A program made the translations under genes and the position numbers. From Mytilus edulis (taxonomy: Eukaryota): a stretch of 64,000 nucleotides of DNA. Below, piece by piece: positions 47,600-59,949 of this stretch; the first letter of the stretch is position 1, and every line of letters begins with the position of its first letter. A model generated the notes under the pieces. That model searched no databases. It was not told the origin of the DNA and saw only the letters and a list, made by a program, of their open reading frames with translations. The DNA lies in the NCBI RefSeq assembly GCF_963676685.1, contig NC_092348.1, positions 26,040,001 through 26,104,000 on the forward strand, given 5' to 3'.

Positions 47600-48361
47600 T
47601 AGAGGTCGGTCATTTAAAGACGTATCAACCGTATCATATACGTTGACGTATCCGCATCTGCAGATATACCAACAAAAAAAAACCAGCATATAATCCCGAG
47701 CGTTAATTTTGTGTACTTTCAATAATGCAAATGGGCGATTGATTAATCTCTAAAGGAGAAACTTACAAAACAATTAGGAAAAATCGATTTTTTTGTGAAA
47801 TATGTAACCCGACTTTTAAAGATATTCCGGATAGTTGGAACAGTTTACAGGCATTATAGGAGTGAATACGGTAAAATTGTGTGTTTGTGTATGAACTTGT
47901 TCTCACGTAGAACCAAATTGTTAATTGACAAATAGAGTGATACTCAGTAATTTTCTATTACCTTTGATGATAAAATCGCAAATGAACAATATTCAAAGTT
48001 TCTTTAATACATGTATACAAGTAGTAAATTTTTTTTGTGTGCGTATTCATATAGGATGTTGAAATATATTTTTAACTAGATTATTAAAGGGTTGTGTACG
48101 ATATTCGTGTACCTGCCCTACATGGGCTCCTTTTTAAAAGTAGTTAATAGAGCTTCTTATTTTTTTTTACAAAACACCACTATTACAAATATTGAAAGTG
48201 TATGTTTGATTGTTTCGAAGAGATTCCAATTAGTTTGTTTTAAATGAAGCATGGTCTTATTAATAAGCTCGGGATCACATAATATTTTTTGATCTATCTG
48301 CAGATGCGGATACGTCAACGTATACGATACGGTTGATACGTTTGTAAACGACCGACCTCTA
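47600..48361. mobile_element. MITE with ~66-bp TIRs (TAGAGGTCGG termini)
   Basis: tagaggtcggtc...gacgtatccgcatctgcagata is mirrored by tatctgcagatgcggatacgtc...gaccgacctcta; no clear TSD. Confidence 0.8.
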
Positions 48362-49675
48362 ATGAAATTAAAGATCCTTAGGCTAAGTTATCCTAAAATG
48401 AATTTGAACACTTTTAAGATCTCCTTTAATACATTTTTTTATTGATTTCTGTGTGTGTTTATTCATCATTGGCCTTCACATAATGGGATTAATCGTTCAC
48501 AATTGAAGGTTAATCGAGAAAAGTATGCTGAACGAATGAGGTAAATAGTTTCTTTTTTGTTTTAGTTGATTGTTCTTGAACAGGACTTGTACCTATGATT
48601 TTCATAACACATATTTATACAATCAATTATCAACCAGTTCTACCATCTCGAGTAACTGAGATCAGAATATTTGTCAGAGTAAATCTAAATAGTAAAAAAC
48701 CAGGTTTTATGAGTCGGTCTAGTAGCAGTGCCCAGTTTTTCCATTTGTATTGTATGTACTTATCTTTATCAAGGGCCAAACGTTGGTAGATAATGTTCTC
48801 CGTGGTAATGTTTAACATTTTGAGAGATTCTTGCTATGCATGCTTGTTGTTGTATTCATACTAATATCACTAAAATATAGGTTACAACCTGCCGAATTGG
48901 ACTATTTACCGGATTTGTAATAACATAAGCAACACGACGGATACCACATCAACCTTATTCAGAATTCGAAGTACAAAATGTTTTCTCGAACACCAAATCC
49001 TGTTTTTTGATTGGTTGAATTCTGGGTTTGAATACGATATTCGTGCTCGAAATTTTTATGACGGCAGAGATACGTCAGGGAGTCAGCTGTTAATATTTGT
49101 CTCATTAGACACAAGTTAACATCGATTTTAAAGAACAAAGGTAAATAATATTGAAAATTTGAATTTTTCACAATATTTCCTATAAAAATTGTATCTTTGG
49201 TTTAGAAAGTTATCGTTTATGTAAAACAATTTAATGATACAGATATAGAAGTAAATGCATGGCAACTGGAAAGATATGAATCTTACAGGTAAATCTTGAC
49301 TCAGGGATGTCCATTTTATACTCAGTCATTTTCACAACTGTGTTTCGCAAAGACATTGCTGAATCAGCCAGAAAATGCATAACACTTTGGAATTTGTCCG
49401 TCACTTGCAAACCGAAACGACAATATAATGATTTACATTTTGCAGCGAATCAATAACTGTAAATGCTACATTATATGCATGATCCGTTGTTTTAGGCGTT
49501 CACTTTGCGACCTTATACAATTATGCACACTTCTATGAGCATGATCTGTAATAGATAAATTATGATAATTCCAATTTAAACGAACTAAATCTATACTGTT
49601 TCACACATTATGTATGACGTCTTATATGTTACATCAGTGTCTCTGTAGTACATACACATTGTTTGTTATTTCAGA

Positions 49676-52600
49676 ATGGGAGACAGTAATTCATTATTTA
49701 TGTAAGTATGGACATTGTTATGTAAATATTCTTATAAAAGAATTAGTCTGTCTAAAATGTAAAGGAATTACAGTTATTTGAAATTTTAAAGATTTTTCGT
49801 AATATCAAAAAGATCGAAAATGTATACCGACGTTAAAAGCAGATGCCGAAAGATTACTTCCTTAAGATTATTTGAATAGTGTTTCAAAAATATTAATACT
49901 TGTGCTGAACGAAACAAGAATGTGTCCATAGTACACGTGTGCCCCACTCGCACTATCATTTTTATGTTCAGTGGACCAAGAAATTAGGGGTAAAAACTCT
50001 AATTTGGCATTACAATTAAAAAATCATTTCATAGGGAACATGTGTACTAAGTATCACGTTGTTTGAATTTCAACTTCATCAAAAACTACCATGACCAAAA
50101 ACTTTAAACCAGAAGCGGGACAGACGAACGAACGAATGAACCGATGGACGAACGAACAGTCGGACGAACGAACAAACGGACGAATGAACGAAACAACGGA
50201 CGAACGGACGCACAGACCAGAAAACTTAATGCCCCTCTACTATCGTAGATGGGGCATACAAATTGTACAAAATTAATAAGAAGTAGAGGATTCAGAAAGA
50301 ATAACAAACGAATCACGTCAGGCGTGATTTTGATAACGTATTCCAATCCGTTTTTCTTTTACAATTCTCAAATTCATACTATTACGTGTGAAGGTTTGTT
50401 TAAAATTTGACCATAATTCATAGGAATATTATAACGATAGTGGATTGTATCCATATAGTTTACATATGCATATGTTGTGTACATGTTATCATTCTGTTCA
50501 GGTAATTACTTGTAACACGCGCGAAAGACGTGCGACTATTAGTAATTTAAGGGAAGCCTATTTGACTGTCCCTTTGGTATCTTTCGTCCCTCTTTTAGTT
50601 CCATAAAAGTCAGCAAATCAAGGACATTTCTTAAGGCAGTATGATGTTTTAAATGTACCGGAATTAAAAAAATCATTCGCAAAGGAGACTAAATTATCTA
50701 TCATTGTACAGTTGATGAAATTTACCATTTGATTAAAACAACACAATCCGGAGTTGGTCATTGAGGCATCCACAACATTATACATTGTAAGAAGTAAATA
50801 CTTTGACAGCAGCGAAATAATCAGACAATGTTGATTTTGAAAATCAATTACCTTAAGGTTGCACTTTGTAAATACAGCTGCTCGCAAAACACGCCTCTTT
50901 TGGGGAGAACTTGAATATTCATAGAAAATTAATTTTGTTTACATACTGGTTACCAGTTATGCTCTCTGTGTTTCATCTCACAGAGACATAACTTGGCAAT
51001 GTTACCAGTAAATAAAAATGTGCATATTGTTTACATTGGAATCTGTGGTAACCTTTCATTAGAGGTAGGGGTAGTTAAGAAAATAAGTGTTAGTTTAAAC
51101 TCTGAGAAGTTCAGGGCATATAAACGTTGAAAATATCCCGAACAGCCCTATATTTTGACCTTTGAAAAAAATTGTGGTGCATATGAAGATTTAATTCTAG
51201 GATAAGATTTTTTTCAAAACTACATAGTAAAAGTGGTACAGTTTTAGCCTTAAAAGGAGTTCCTATGGGAAATTGCATTGTCAATATTTACAGAAATGCA
51301 ACCTATATAGGATGAAAAAGGGGATAATTCAGAATTTAACCAATTTTGCTTTATTTCACAGATTTTAAAGAAATTAACTCAAATATGAAGTTTTATGAAT
51401 ATTAAATGAAGATTGATAGAATCCTTGGCCTTAAATATGATGACTCAGCATAAATTCACAGTTTACAGTATGCATAGTTTACAGAAATTCCTGGATACAC
51501 AATTAATTCATAATACTTTGCATATTTGTAAGTTAAATTGTTAAGAAGTGCTTATATTTAGTCTTTGCAGTCATTGAAACTCATAGATCCTTCCTGAATA
51601 TTATGTATGGGGTGTTAGTGTCCTTTCGATAACCCATAAAGTAAGCCGCAACACCTAAATCTGGTTGTTTTTGTCACCACGGCATAATAAATACAAGCTA
51701 GAAAAACAGAATATCTTAACAAAACTTACAACAGTGTGTTCAATCCTGAATATGTACTAGATATTCAAAATTGCTAGAAACAGCAGAATGATTTAGGAAA
51801 TTTGAGGCCCCAGGGGCAAAAAACATAGAAAATTGCCTATCCCCTGGGTCATAAAACAAATAATTTAACTTGTAAATGCTATGATTTTATGATTTTAAAG
51901 TTCTTGATATAGAAAAACAATAACTATGCTAGGAAGTAATGCAAAATTCAGATGTTAGCAGTCATCTCTTTAACATTTTAAGTGAATTTATATCTCAGTT
52001 TGGTATCTGCATCATTTATTTACAACCACTGGGTCGATGCCACTGCTGGTGGAGATTTCGTTACCGGAGGGTATCAGAAGCCCAGTAGTCAGCACTTTTT
52101 GTGCTGACATGAATTGTCATTGATATTGTTATATTTATAAATTTATTTGTTTACAAATGTTTTAATTTTTTGAAATACTAAGGCTTTTCTACCTCAGGCA
52201 TAAATTACCTTAGCGTACTTTATTTGGCCTTTTTAACTTTTTTTGATTCGAGCGTCACTGATGAGTCTTTTGTAGACGAAACGCGCATCTGGCGTATACT
52301 AAATTTGGTCCTGGAATCTATGATGAGTTTATTTATATAATCTTGAAACATATTTAATTATAGTGGATTGGGAAACAAGTTTTGCAACTTATATTAATCC
52401 CTTTCCACTTTGCGGTTGCGAGTGCTGCCTTGTAGCGGCATAAGCCTGCTCTTTTTCGAAATCTACAAGGGTGTCTTTAACGTGCAAGAGATATGACACT
52501 CTCTTAACACGGGTCAGCCATTTATCGTCCCCTTCTGACGGACTATCGTCGTTTCCACAAGACCATACTCGCAAAAGGTGTCAAGGGAGCGCCGAAAATT

Positions 52601-55600
52601 CAGTCCCTGGCGAGACGGGAATCGAACCAGGAACCTTTGTATTAAAGATTGACTGCTAAACATTACATTTATAGTAATCTGATATGCTTTAAATATGTTA
52701 TCAAAATAGTTTTAAACAGGTTCTAGGCATTTCTTATATCAGACAATATGCAAATAGGGTTAGCTGGTTAATTAAAATCTTGTTTTCAAATTCTTTAAAA
52801 AATTGAAACAGGGGATGGGGTATAAAATATACAGTAAAGAAAAACTTAGAGTATGCACTGTGATTTCTTTAAGGCTATAATTCTGATAAATGAGTATTAA
52901 TGTGAGAAAAACTGATTTTAGGGAGTTTTCTATTTGAGTAAATATTTGTATAGGTTGCACTTTGTAAATACAGCTGTTTCTCAAAATACTCCTCTTTTGG
53001 GGAGAACTTGAATATCCATAGAAAATAAATTTTGTTTACATACTGGTTCCTAGTTATGCTCTCTGTGTTCCATCTCACAGAGACATAACTTGGCAATGTT
53101 ACCAGTAAATAAAAATGTGCATGTTGTTTACATTGAAATCTGTGGTAACCTTTCATTCGAGGTATGGGTAGTTATGAAAATAAGTGTTAGTTTAAACTCT
53201 AAAAAATTGTGGTGCATATGAACATTCAATTCTAGGATAAGATTTTTTTCAAAACTTCATAGTAAAAGTGGTACAGTTTTAGCCGTAAAAGGAGTTCCTA
53301 TAGGAAATTGCATTGTCAATATTTACAGAAATGCAACCTAAATGATGAATCAGAACAAAAATACATGTAAAATCCTGAAATCTGTGATTTTTGAGGATTT
53401 TCTGCATTTTTACCCCAAAAATGTAGAATTAGTGAAATATTGAATTTTGAAACTTGTTTTCATACAGAAAACATGCAGATAGTCAATTAATTACTGATGA
53501 AATATTTCTTTGGGACAGGGCCATTTTTGGAACTTAGTGAACCTAGTAATTTCTCTTCGAAACAATCAAATTAGTCGTTCTTCCAAAACTTCTAGAGACT
53601 TTATTTAGTTCTTAGTGTAAAATAGACCTTGTTGATTATCAATCCTATCCAGTTGGAGAATATAAGTGGATCATGCACTACCAGGATCGCTTTCACAAAT
53701 TCAGTGTACTATGCTCTATAAAGACAAAAAGAGCAGTTGAAGTGGCTTACCAATATACTGACATTTGTTTTTACATTTGGGAGCTCCACATATTGTGCAA
53801 AGTCATAATCGAAGAGAATTTAAAAATTATGTAATTACAAAACCTATACTTCTTTGGCCAGAACTTAACTTGGTACATGGTAAACCATGTCACCCTCAAA
53901 GTCATGAGTTTTCAGAAAGGGCGAACGCTGACATAAATAGTAATAGTATGCAACTATTTTATGTTTTAATTTTCTTTCCCAGGTCAAACCATGAACGATT
54001 GATCATTCGCCGTATAAAGCATTATTGGGAAGTGACCCTAAAGTTGCCTTGTCATCGTCAGCTCTTTCAAAAGAAATTGTTGACACTGTAGAAACTGAAG
54101 AAACTGACGAAACATTGACTAAAATCAGCAAGGACCCATCGACGCAACATCTAATTCAAAATTTAATAACACTTTTAGATGATATATTGGCTCTCAACAA
54201 TAACGACCTCTGTGTGCACATTAAAGAAGTTTATCTTGCCGCACTGACTTTAAATAAAGCTAATGCAAACAACGAACACTGACATTTCCTGCATCTTGAT
54301 ATCTTTATCTTTATGGGGAGGCTTAATAACATAATTTATGATAAAAGGAGATGATTTTTCACTTACTATTGTTAGTTATCCATTTTTAGATGGTGACGTT
54401 TCCTTGTCACAATCTTATGGTGATTATATATCTGAACGTGTGCGATTCACCCGTGTATGTATTAATGTATTTGAATAAATTAACAACGCCCTGGCTAAAA
54501 AAAAAAAGACGTTTGATTCGTAGTTAAGTATTTTACCTTTCTACCAGTGTGTTTGAAGTTTAAATGCGCACGAAACATACTTACATTCAAATGTAAGTCA
54601 CAGCACTTGTTCATGAAATTCGTGGTAAATTATCTAACTACAAATTTGATTTTTGTAAACCATTTAATTACCACAAATTTCATGAACAAGTGCTGTGACT
54701 TACATATGAATGTAAGTATGTTTCGTGCGCAAATAGATAAAATACTCTATTTGGCGTAACTCTTTTTCAGGGTAATTCCTTTAGTGCTCATCGTTAAAAT
54801 TTGTTGCTGGGGAGCTATTTGTTATAGAATTAGATGGTCAAACAGATCAGGAAATGAACAAACCACAATTATTCATCGCACTGTTGTAAGTAAATATATT
54901 GGTGAAACTTCTAAAATAACATTCAAAAATAACATGTGTAGCTCATAACTAAATGTGCATAATACTCAAGTTTTATGCACAATAGAAAACCCTCATTGGA
55001 AATTTTTACTTTTGCAAATTCATCCTTGAACATTTGAGTGTGTGGAATTTGTTTGAATATATTTTTCATCCAATAGGTTAAAACTATATAAGGTTAAGTT
55101 GCCTTTAGATAGAATAGACTATTGTTTTTCACTCATATCACGTTGCACGTGCGATCGGCTCCTAACTTATTTAAGGCTTTTTCTTGCAACAAAATGGTGC
55201 TGATAGTTAATAAAGGTACCAGGCTTAAAATTTGATACGTCAGACGCGCGTTTCGTCTACATTAGACTCATACATGACGATCAGATCAAAATAGTAAGAA
55301 AGCCAAAACAAGTAAAATTGAAGAGCATTGAGGACCGGAAATTCCTTAAAATTGTTCAAGAGCGGCTGACACTTAGTGAAATTGGCATTAAACACAAAAT
55401 AATTATTAAAACAATTTTGATAACACTACGAAATTTATAACAAATTTAAACGATTCAGAAATGTCATCTAATATTCAGAAACAAATGTTTAAGAAATATA
55501 TGTGTAAGTACATATCTATTACCGGAATTTGTTGTTAAATAACAATACAATGGTTCGTTGTCTTTTTAAAATAATCTATCGAATATTAATAGATATAGAA

Positions 55601-56041
55601 AGACGTGGTGTGAGTATATTTGTTTTTATATCCTTCACTTGGTATCATATGTAATCATTTGAACTAATTTTCCAACGCAATTGATTTAAAGTAAACACTT
55701 AAATTGTTGATATATCTTGATATTGCTTATAATATGTTTGTCAGTTAACAATAACAATAATACCATACGAATAAATTCAACCCGTTTTCATTTCAAAAGC
55801 GACAAAAACATAATTTATATTTTCCAGTGTGAGTTATACATATATATTTTTTTAGATTCAAGGGCCTGTTGAAAATGGTATTACTGGTATAGAAAACCCT
55901 GGATATTTGCAGCAGCCTCTAGTTTATACCGATGCAATCAGTCCAAACCCGAGACCATCATCGGTACTTCCATCAAACGAGCAAATGACCAAAGCACCGT
56001 ACTATCCAGAACAGTATAATCCGGGGGCATCGCGTTATTAG
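49676..56041 (+). CDS. Small single-pass membrane protein, tandem family copy C (108 aa)
   Basis: Exons 49676-49701, 54771-54885 and 55856-56041 (phases 2 and 0) give MGDSNSLFMVIPLVLIVKICCWGAICYRIRWSNRSGNEQTTIIHRTVIQGPVENGITGIENPGYLQQPLVYTDAISPNPRPSSVLPSNEQMTKAPYYPEQYNPGASRY*; leader-exon donor at 47065. Confidence 0.85.
49913..50260. mobile_element. HINE/pearl-like element with (GAAC/GGAC)n microsatellite
   Basis: aacaagaatgtgtcc start, tetranucleotide repeat at ~50120-50215, terminal atgcccc...ggggcat hairpin. Confidence 0.65.
50857..51303. mobile_element. PIF/Harbinger-like MITE, copy 1 of a direct pair
   Basis: TIR GGTTGCACTTTGTAAATA...TATTTACAGAAATGCAACC; near-identical to 52953-53338. 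Confidence 0.8.
52000..52335 (+). mobile_element. Retrozyme-like monomer with hammerhead at 52252-52295
   Basis: gcgtcaCTGATGAgtcttttgtagacGAAAcgcgcaTCtggcgt (stem III G>A mismatch); body homologous to 29460-29700; short terminal direct repeat. Confidence 0.75.
52362..52668 (-). mobile_element. tRNA-derived SINE with Deu/Nin-like central domain
   Basis: Minus strand has a tRNA-like head with B box GGTTCGATTCCC, then ggggacgataaatggctgacccgtg...gcacgttaaagacaccc...ttcgaaaaagagcagg. Confidence 0.7.
52953..53338. mobile_element. PIF/Harbinger-like MITE, copy 2 of a direct pair
   Basis: Same TIRs as 50857-51303, with an internal deletion of ~60 bp. Confidence 0.8.
53600..53940 (+). mobile_element. 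Degenerate DDE integrase (KRBA2/SCAND3/Ginger2-like) fragment
   Basis: IDLVDYQSYPVGEYKWIMHYQDRFHKFSVLCSIKTKRAVEVAYQ-frameshift-FLHLGAPHIVQSHNRREF...LWPELNLVHGKPCHPQSHEFSERANADI; the catalytic SDNG motif is altered to SHNR. Confidence 0.8.
54334..54470 (+). mobile_element. Penelope-like retroelement RT fragment
   Basis: Frameshifted YDKRDDF..IVSYPFLDGDVSLSQSYGDYISERVRFTRVC. Confidence 0.65.
54565..54731. repeat. Palindromic MITE-like hairpin
   Basis: tgcgcacgaaacatacttacattca...cagcacttgttcatgaaatt is mirrored by aatttcatgaacaagtgctg...tgaatgtaagtatgtttcgtgcgca. Confidence 0.85.
55237..55280 (-). ncRNA. Degenerate hammerhead ribozyme (core CTGATGA>TGTATGA)
   Basis: Reverse complement tcgtca-tgtatga-gtctaatgtagac-GAAA-cgcgcgTC-tgacgt. 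Confidence 0.55.
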
Positions 56042-56170
56042 TGTATTTAAGTTTAATGATTACGAGCGTTATTGCTTGTTTTAAATACTTACCATTTACT
56101 CTTATTCAAAAGATATTGCTTATACCAAATGTATTGTTATAAAAGACATCATTAATAATTGTAGTTTATA

Positions 56171-56372
56171 CCGTATAGCGGGTTATTTTCGCCGGTCTAA
56201 AATTTCGCGATATTCATTGAATAAGGTATATGAAACATTTTGGGGGTTATTATTTTGGCGGATTAAAAACTTTAATCGATACCTTTGCATGTACACTTTA
56301 ATTTGGCGATTTTGTTCTATCCGAAAAAAATCAGCGACAATTTACACTCCGCGAAAATAACCCGCTATACGG
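56171..56372. mobile_element. Tc1/mariner-type MITE (TA TSD) in the 3' UTR of copy C
   Basis: ta|CCGTATAGCGGGTTATTTTCGC...GCGAAAATAACCCGCTATACGG|ta; absent from the homologous UTR of copy A. Confidence 0.9.
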
Positions 56373-57622
56373 TATGCAATTATCATTAAACAAAGTCAAA
56401 AGAATCTACATGTGATATGTTTTTATATTAATGTAATAAGGGAATAAGATGCATATAGATTTACCAATATTTTTATAAAACATCATTATTTTGTATTCAT
56501 CTGTAGGGTTTCAATGCACATATGTTGCATACAAAATTGACAGAAAAAAATAAGTTTACAAATAGAAATACTTATTTCGAAAATTATAAAAAGAATACAT
56601 ACTGTTCTGCTTGAATTGATATTTTGATATTTATATGTCGTGTACATGTTATTATTTTGTTCGGGTTATTACTTGTACAAACATGTTGTTCAAGTTATTA
56701 ATTGCATGGTGCCATCATACAATTTTTTACTTGTACAAATAAATTGTACAAGTAATAACTTGTACAATGTTTGTAAAGAAAAAGATAATTACTTATACAA
56801 CTCACTATCTTTGAGATATATCTTTTCATAAAAAAAATATTTTTTTTTAATGACAATGATACATATTTATTAATAATGGAATACTAACATTTACTGACAT
56901 GCCAGCTACAGACCTCAATTAAACTGATTAAAAAATAATGTCTTCTTCATATGAAAATCAAGCACAATCCCTCCCGTTAGGGGTTTAGTATGATGCTATC
57001 CTAAAATACACGAGAAGACGTGACCCGTGTCATGCTAACAACTGGTTTAAGAATGAATTTGTTTATTTCTGATGCATGTGAATCAATTTTAATACCACAA
57101 TATGCCATTCTTAATGACCTGACAATAGTATTGTAACCTCCGTAATTACATAAGCTGTAAATTACCTTCCATTATCACTTTGAAGTATATGTGGAGTTCC
57201 CAAAAGTGAAAAAAAAAAATTAAGTGAGTTGGTAAATCAGTTCAGCAGCTCTTTTTATCTTTAGAGTACAGTACACGTATTTGGTAAAGTGATCCTGGTA
57301 GTGCATGATCTACTTATATTCTCCATCTGTGTGTACTATTAGTCTCACGTTTTGTTTTAATTTGAAACAGAAACCGACTTCTTTTAACATAACTATTAGT
57401 CTCCCTTTCCCTTACATAACTATTAGTCTCACGTTTTTTGAATGTAAGTACTAAATTATTAGATGATTTATTTTCATGCCACAAGTTAATTATTTCATCA
57501 TAAACTTTCTTTTCTACACTGTTTTTCATCTTTACACTTTAGTTTTGATTATTGAACTGAATAATGTTGCTCACATATTTGTAACATAAAAGGTATTCAC
57601 ATGTTAAAAGCGTATACCTTTA

Positions 57623-58058
57623 GGTGGCACGGTAGTATTTGCATTCCAGAATTTAGGTTGCTCTTTTGTGTACCCTACTTAGGTTAATGTATCTAAACAG
57701 TGTGATTGGACAAAAAATACATTATCAACTGAACATACTTTCTCAAACTGAGGGATGAATCAGGTGTAGAAAAATATGAAATAATTTTACATACAGATGA
57801 AAATGAATTTTTGAGAATTTTTTAGATTTTGTATTCACTGCACCATAAAAGACCTAAAAGTACTAGTGGCCTTAGGTTTTTAAAAATAGCAAAAAAAGTA
57901 AACGGTCAGGACACATATTCAAATTCATTTCTGAATAGTAAAATGAAAGTACTTCAATTAACTGTGAATGTAGAATTTTTTGCAGTGTTAGAAAGTGGTG
58001 AAAATTCTAAAAAGGCTATCATTATCCCTTATGGGCCAGGAAATACTACCGTGCCACC
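57623..58058. mobile_element. MITE with GGTGGCACGGTAGTATTT TIRs
   Basis: ggtggcacggtagtattt...aaatactaccgtgccacc; TSD ambiguous (tta/ttt). Confidence 0.75.
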
Positions 58059-58193
58059 TTTAGTCTAAGTCTAAGTCATTTGTTAAAGGGAACCGATTTG
58101 TCGCGAACATCGACTAGGCCAAGGTAGAATACTGATATGTACTAGTTGTTATCTTTTTCTCAATAAAAATTGCCATGATGATAACAAATTTGA

Positions 58194-58642
58194 TATAGAA
58201 TGAAATTCAAAACAGTGTGGCTGTGGCCATTGATTGACACATTAAATTCATCCATTGACTGGGACAATTTAGGTGAACGTTTGTATGTAACGATCACTGC
58301 TCACTATGTACTTTTTAAAGACACTTAAACTATGGGGTCACCAAAGGTTCTCAACACCTTAATAAAGTAATTCGAAAAATTAATCAGAAATAACACGATG
58401 TTTTGATTTATAACAATTATATAAATCAAAACAAAGGTTATTCCTGATTAATTTTTCGAATTATTTTATAATTAAAGGCGTTAAGAAACCTTTGGTGACC
58501 CCACAGTTTAAATGTCTATCGTAGGTACGTCGTGAACAGTGGTCGTTACAGACAAACGTTCACGTAAATTGTCCCAGTCAATGGATGAATTTAATGTGTC
58601 AATCAATGGCCACAGCCACACTGTTTTGAATTTCATTCTATA
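58194..58642. mobile_element. Fully palindromic ~450-bp MITE
   Basis: ~200-bp arms tagaatgaaattcaaaacagtgtggctgtggcc... / ...ggccacagccacactgttttgaatttcattcta. Confidence 0.9.
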
Positions 58643-59949
58643 ATGAATTACTTTTAACATTTTGAACCTCAACAAATCAGACAAATTTGTATTATTGTGG
58701 GTTATACCTGTTAATACTTTTACTAACAAATATCATTGAAACTTTTCTTAAATTTGTCCAAAACGTTTAAAAAGAATTCATGTCAACATGTAAAATATCT
58801 TAAATAATAATAACATTCATTTTTACACTGTAAATATATCAAAACGATATTTATAAGTGTACTTCTTTAATTTCAAAGATAAAAATGCTTGTACTTTTCT
58901 ATTTACAAATTTGTGTTTTAACCCAATTTAGTTAGAAAGGAATGTTCATGTCAAAACAGTATTAAGATATGCTGGTTGAAAATTGAAATTTCCATACTGA
59001 AATATTTCATTAAACGAAAAAATCCTTTTTTTTTTATTAAGACTTCTACAGAAAAAGATTTCTTCAAGTTTATGTCACAGTATCTCATGTTTCGTCACAT
59101 AATATATATATAACACTTATGAATATCAGATTGTTTTTTTTTTCATGATAAATTAGGGTTAAATTTGACTTTTTGAGGCTTGTTGAAAGCCGCTCAGTGA
59201 TTTTCGCTTGCAATCTTTTATGCAATTCGGTCTCTAGTTGAGAGTTGTCTCATTGACGTTCATACACCATATGCATTTATTAAGTACCTTAATTATTAGT
59301 CAAGATCCACACCGTTCAATGCCTATGAACAATTGTGATTGAGTTTAAATTACCTAAGACCTTTCCTCAATAACCTCTAATTTCTCACAGGAGGAAAACA
59401 AAACATTTGATATATCTGCGATCACTCGCAGTTTTTGGTGGGGTTCGTGTTGCGTAGTCTTTAGTTTTCTATGTTCTGTATTGTGTTCTATTATTTTCTT
59501 GTTAGTCTTTTTATTTTTTAGCCATGGCGTTGTCAGACAGTCCCTCTAGTTTCTGTCGCCCCGCTTTGTTAACATATGTTTGTTTTAAATCTCATAGACA
59601 CGATAGTGAGTAGGAACGTACAGTGATAATGTCTCGAACAGGAGTTTTATTTCTCAATTTTGGTATTACAAACTACAAACATATTAGAGCTGTGAGTACA
59701 ACATTATCACGAGAGTTGTAGGATACGGGAAACAGCCCTTATGGATGTAAATTACATTGTCATCAAAGTTTTAAACAACATACATGTGACTTAAATTTAA
59801 AATTAATGCGTGTATGATAGAAGACGCTTACTCCCTCAATGCAACCGATATCACCCTATTAGAATTTCAGGAACTTTACTTTTAAAATTGTGATCTGAAC
59901 AAATGATTATATAACGGGACACAATTTGGGAAATCATTTTGTATATTTA

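Noticed and set aside
50091-50346. Overlapping NER/VR-rich ORFs
   Set aside because: Derived from a (GAAC)n microsatellite in a repeat.
52600-52668. tRNA gene on the minus strand
   Set aside because: Only a B box and a decayed 5' half, with no full cloverleaf. It is fused to a SINE body.
53765-54282. Functional domesticated integrase gene
   Set aside because: Frameshifted, catalytic motif mutated, and only a partial core.
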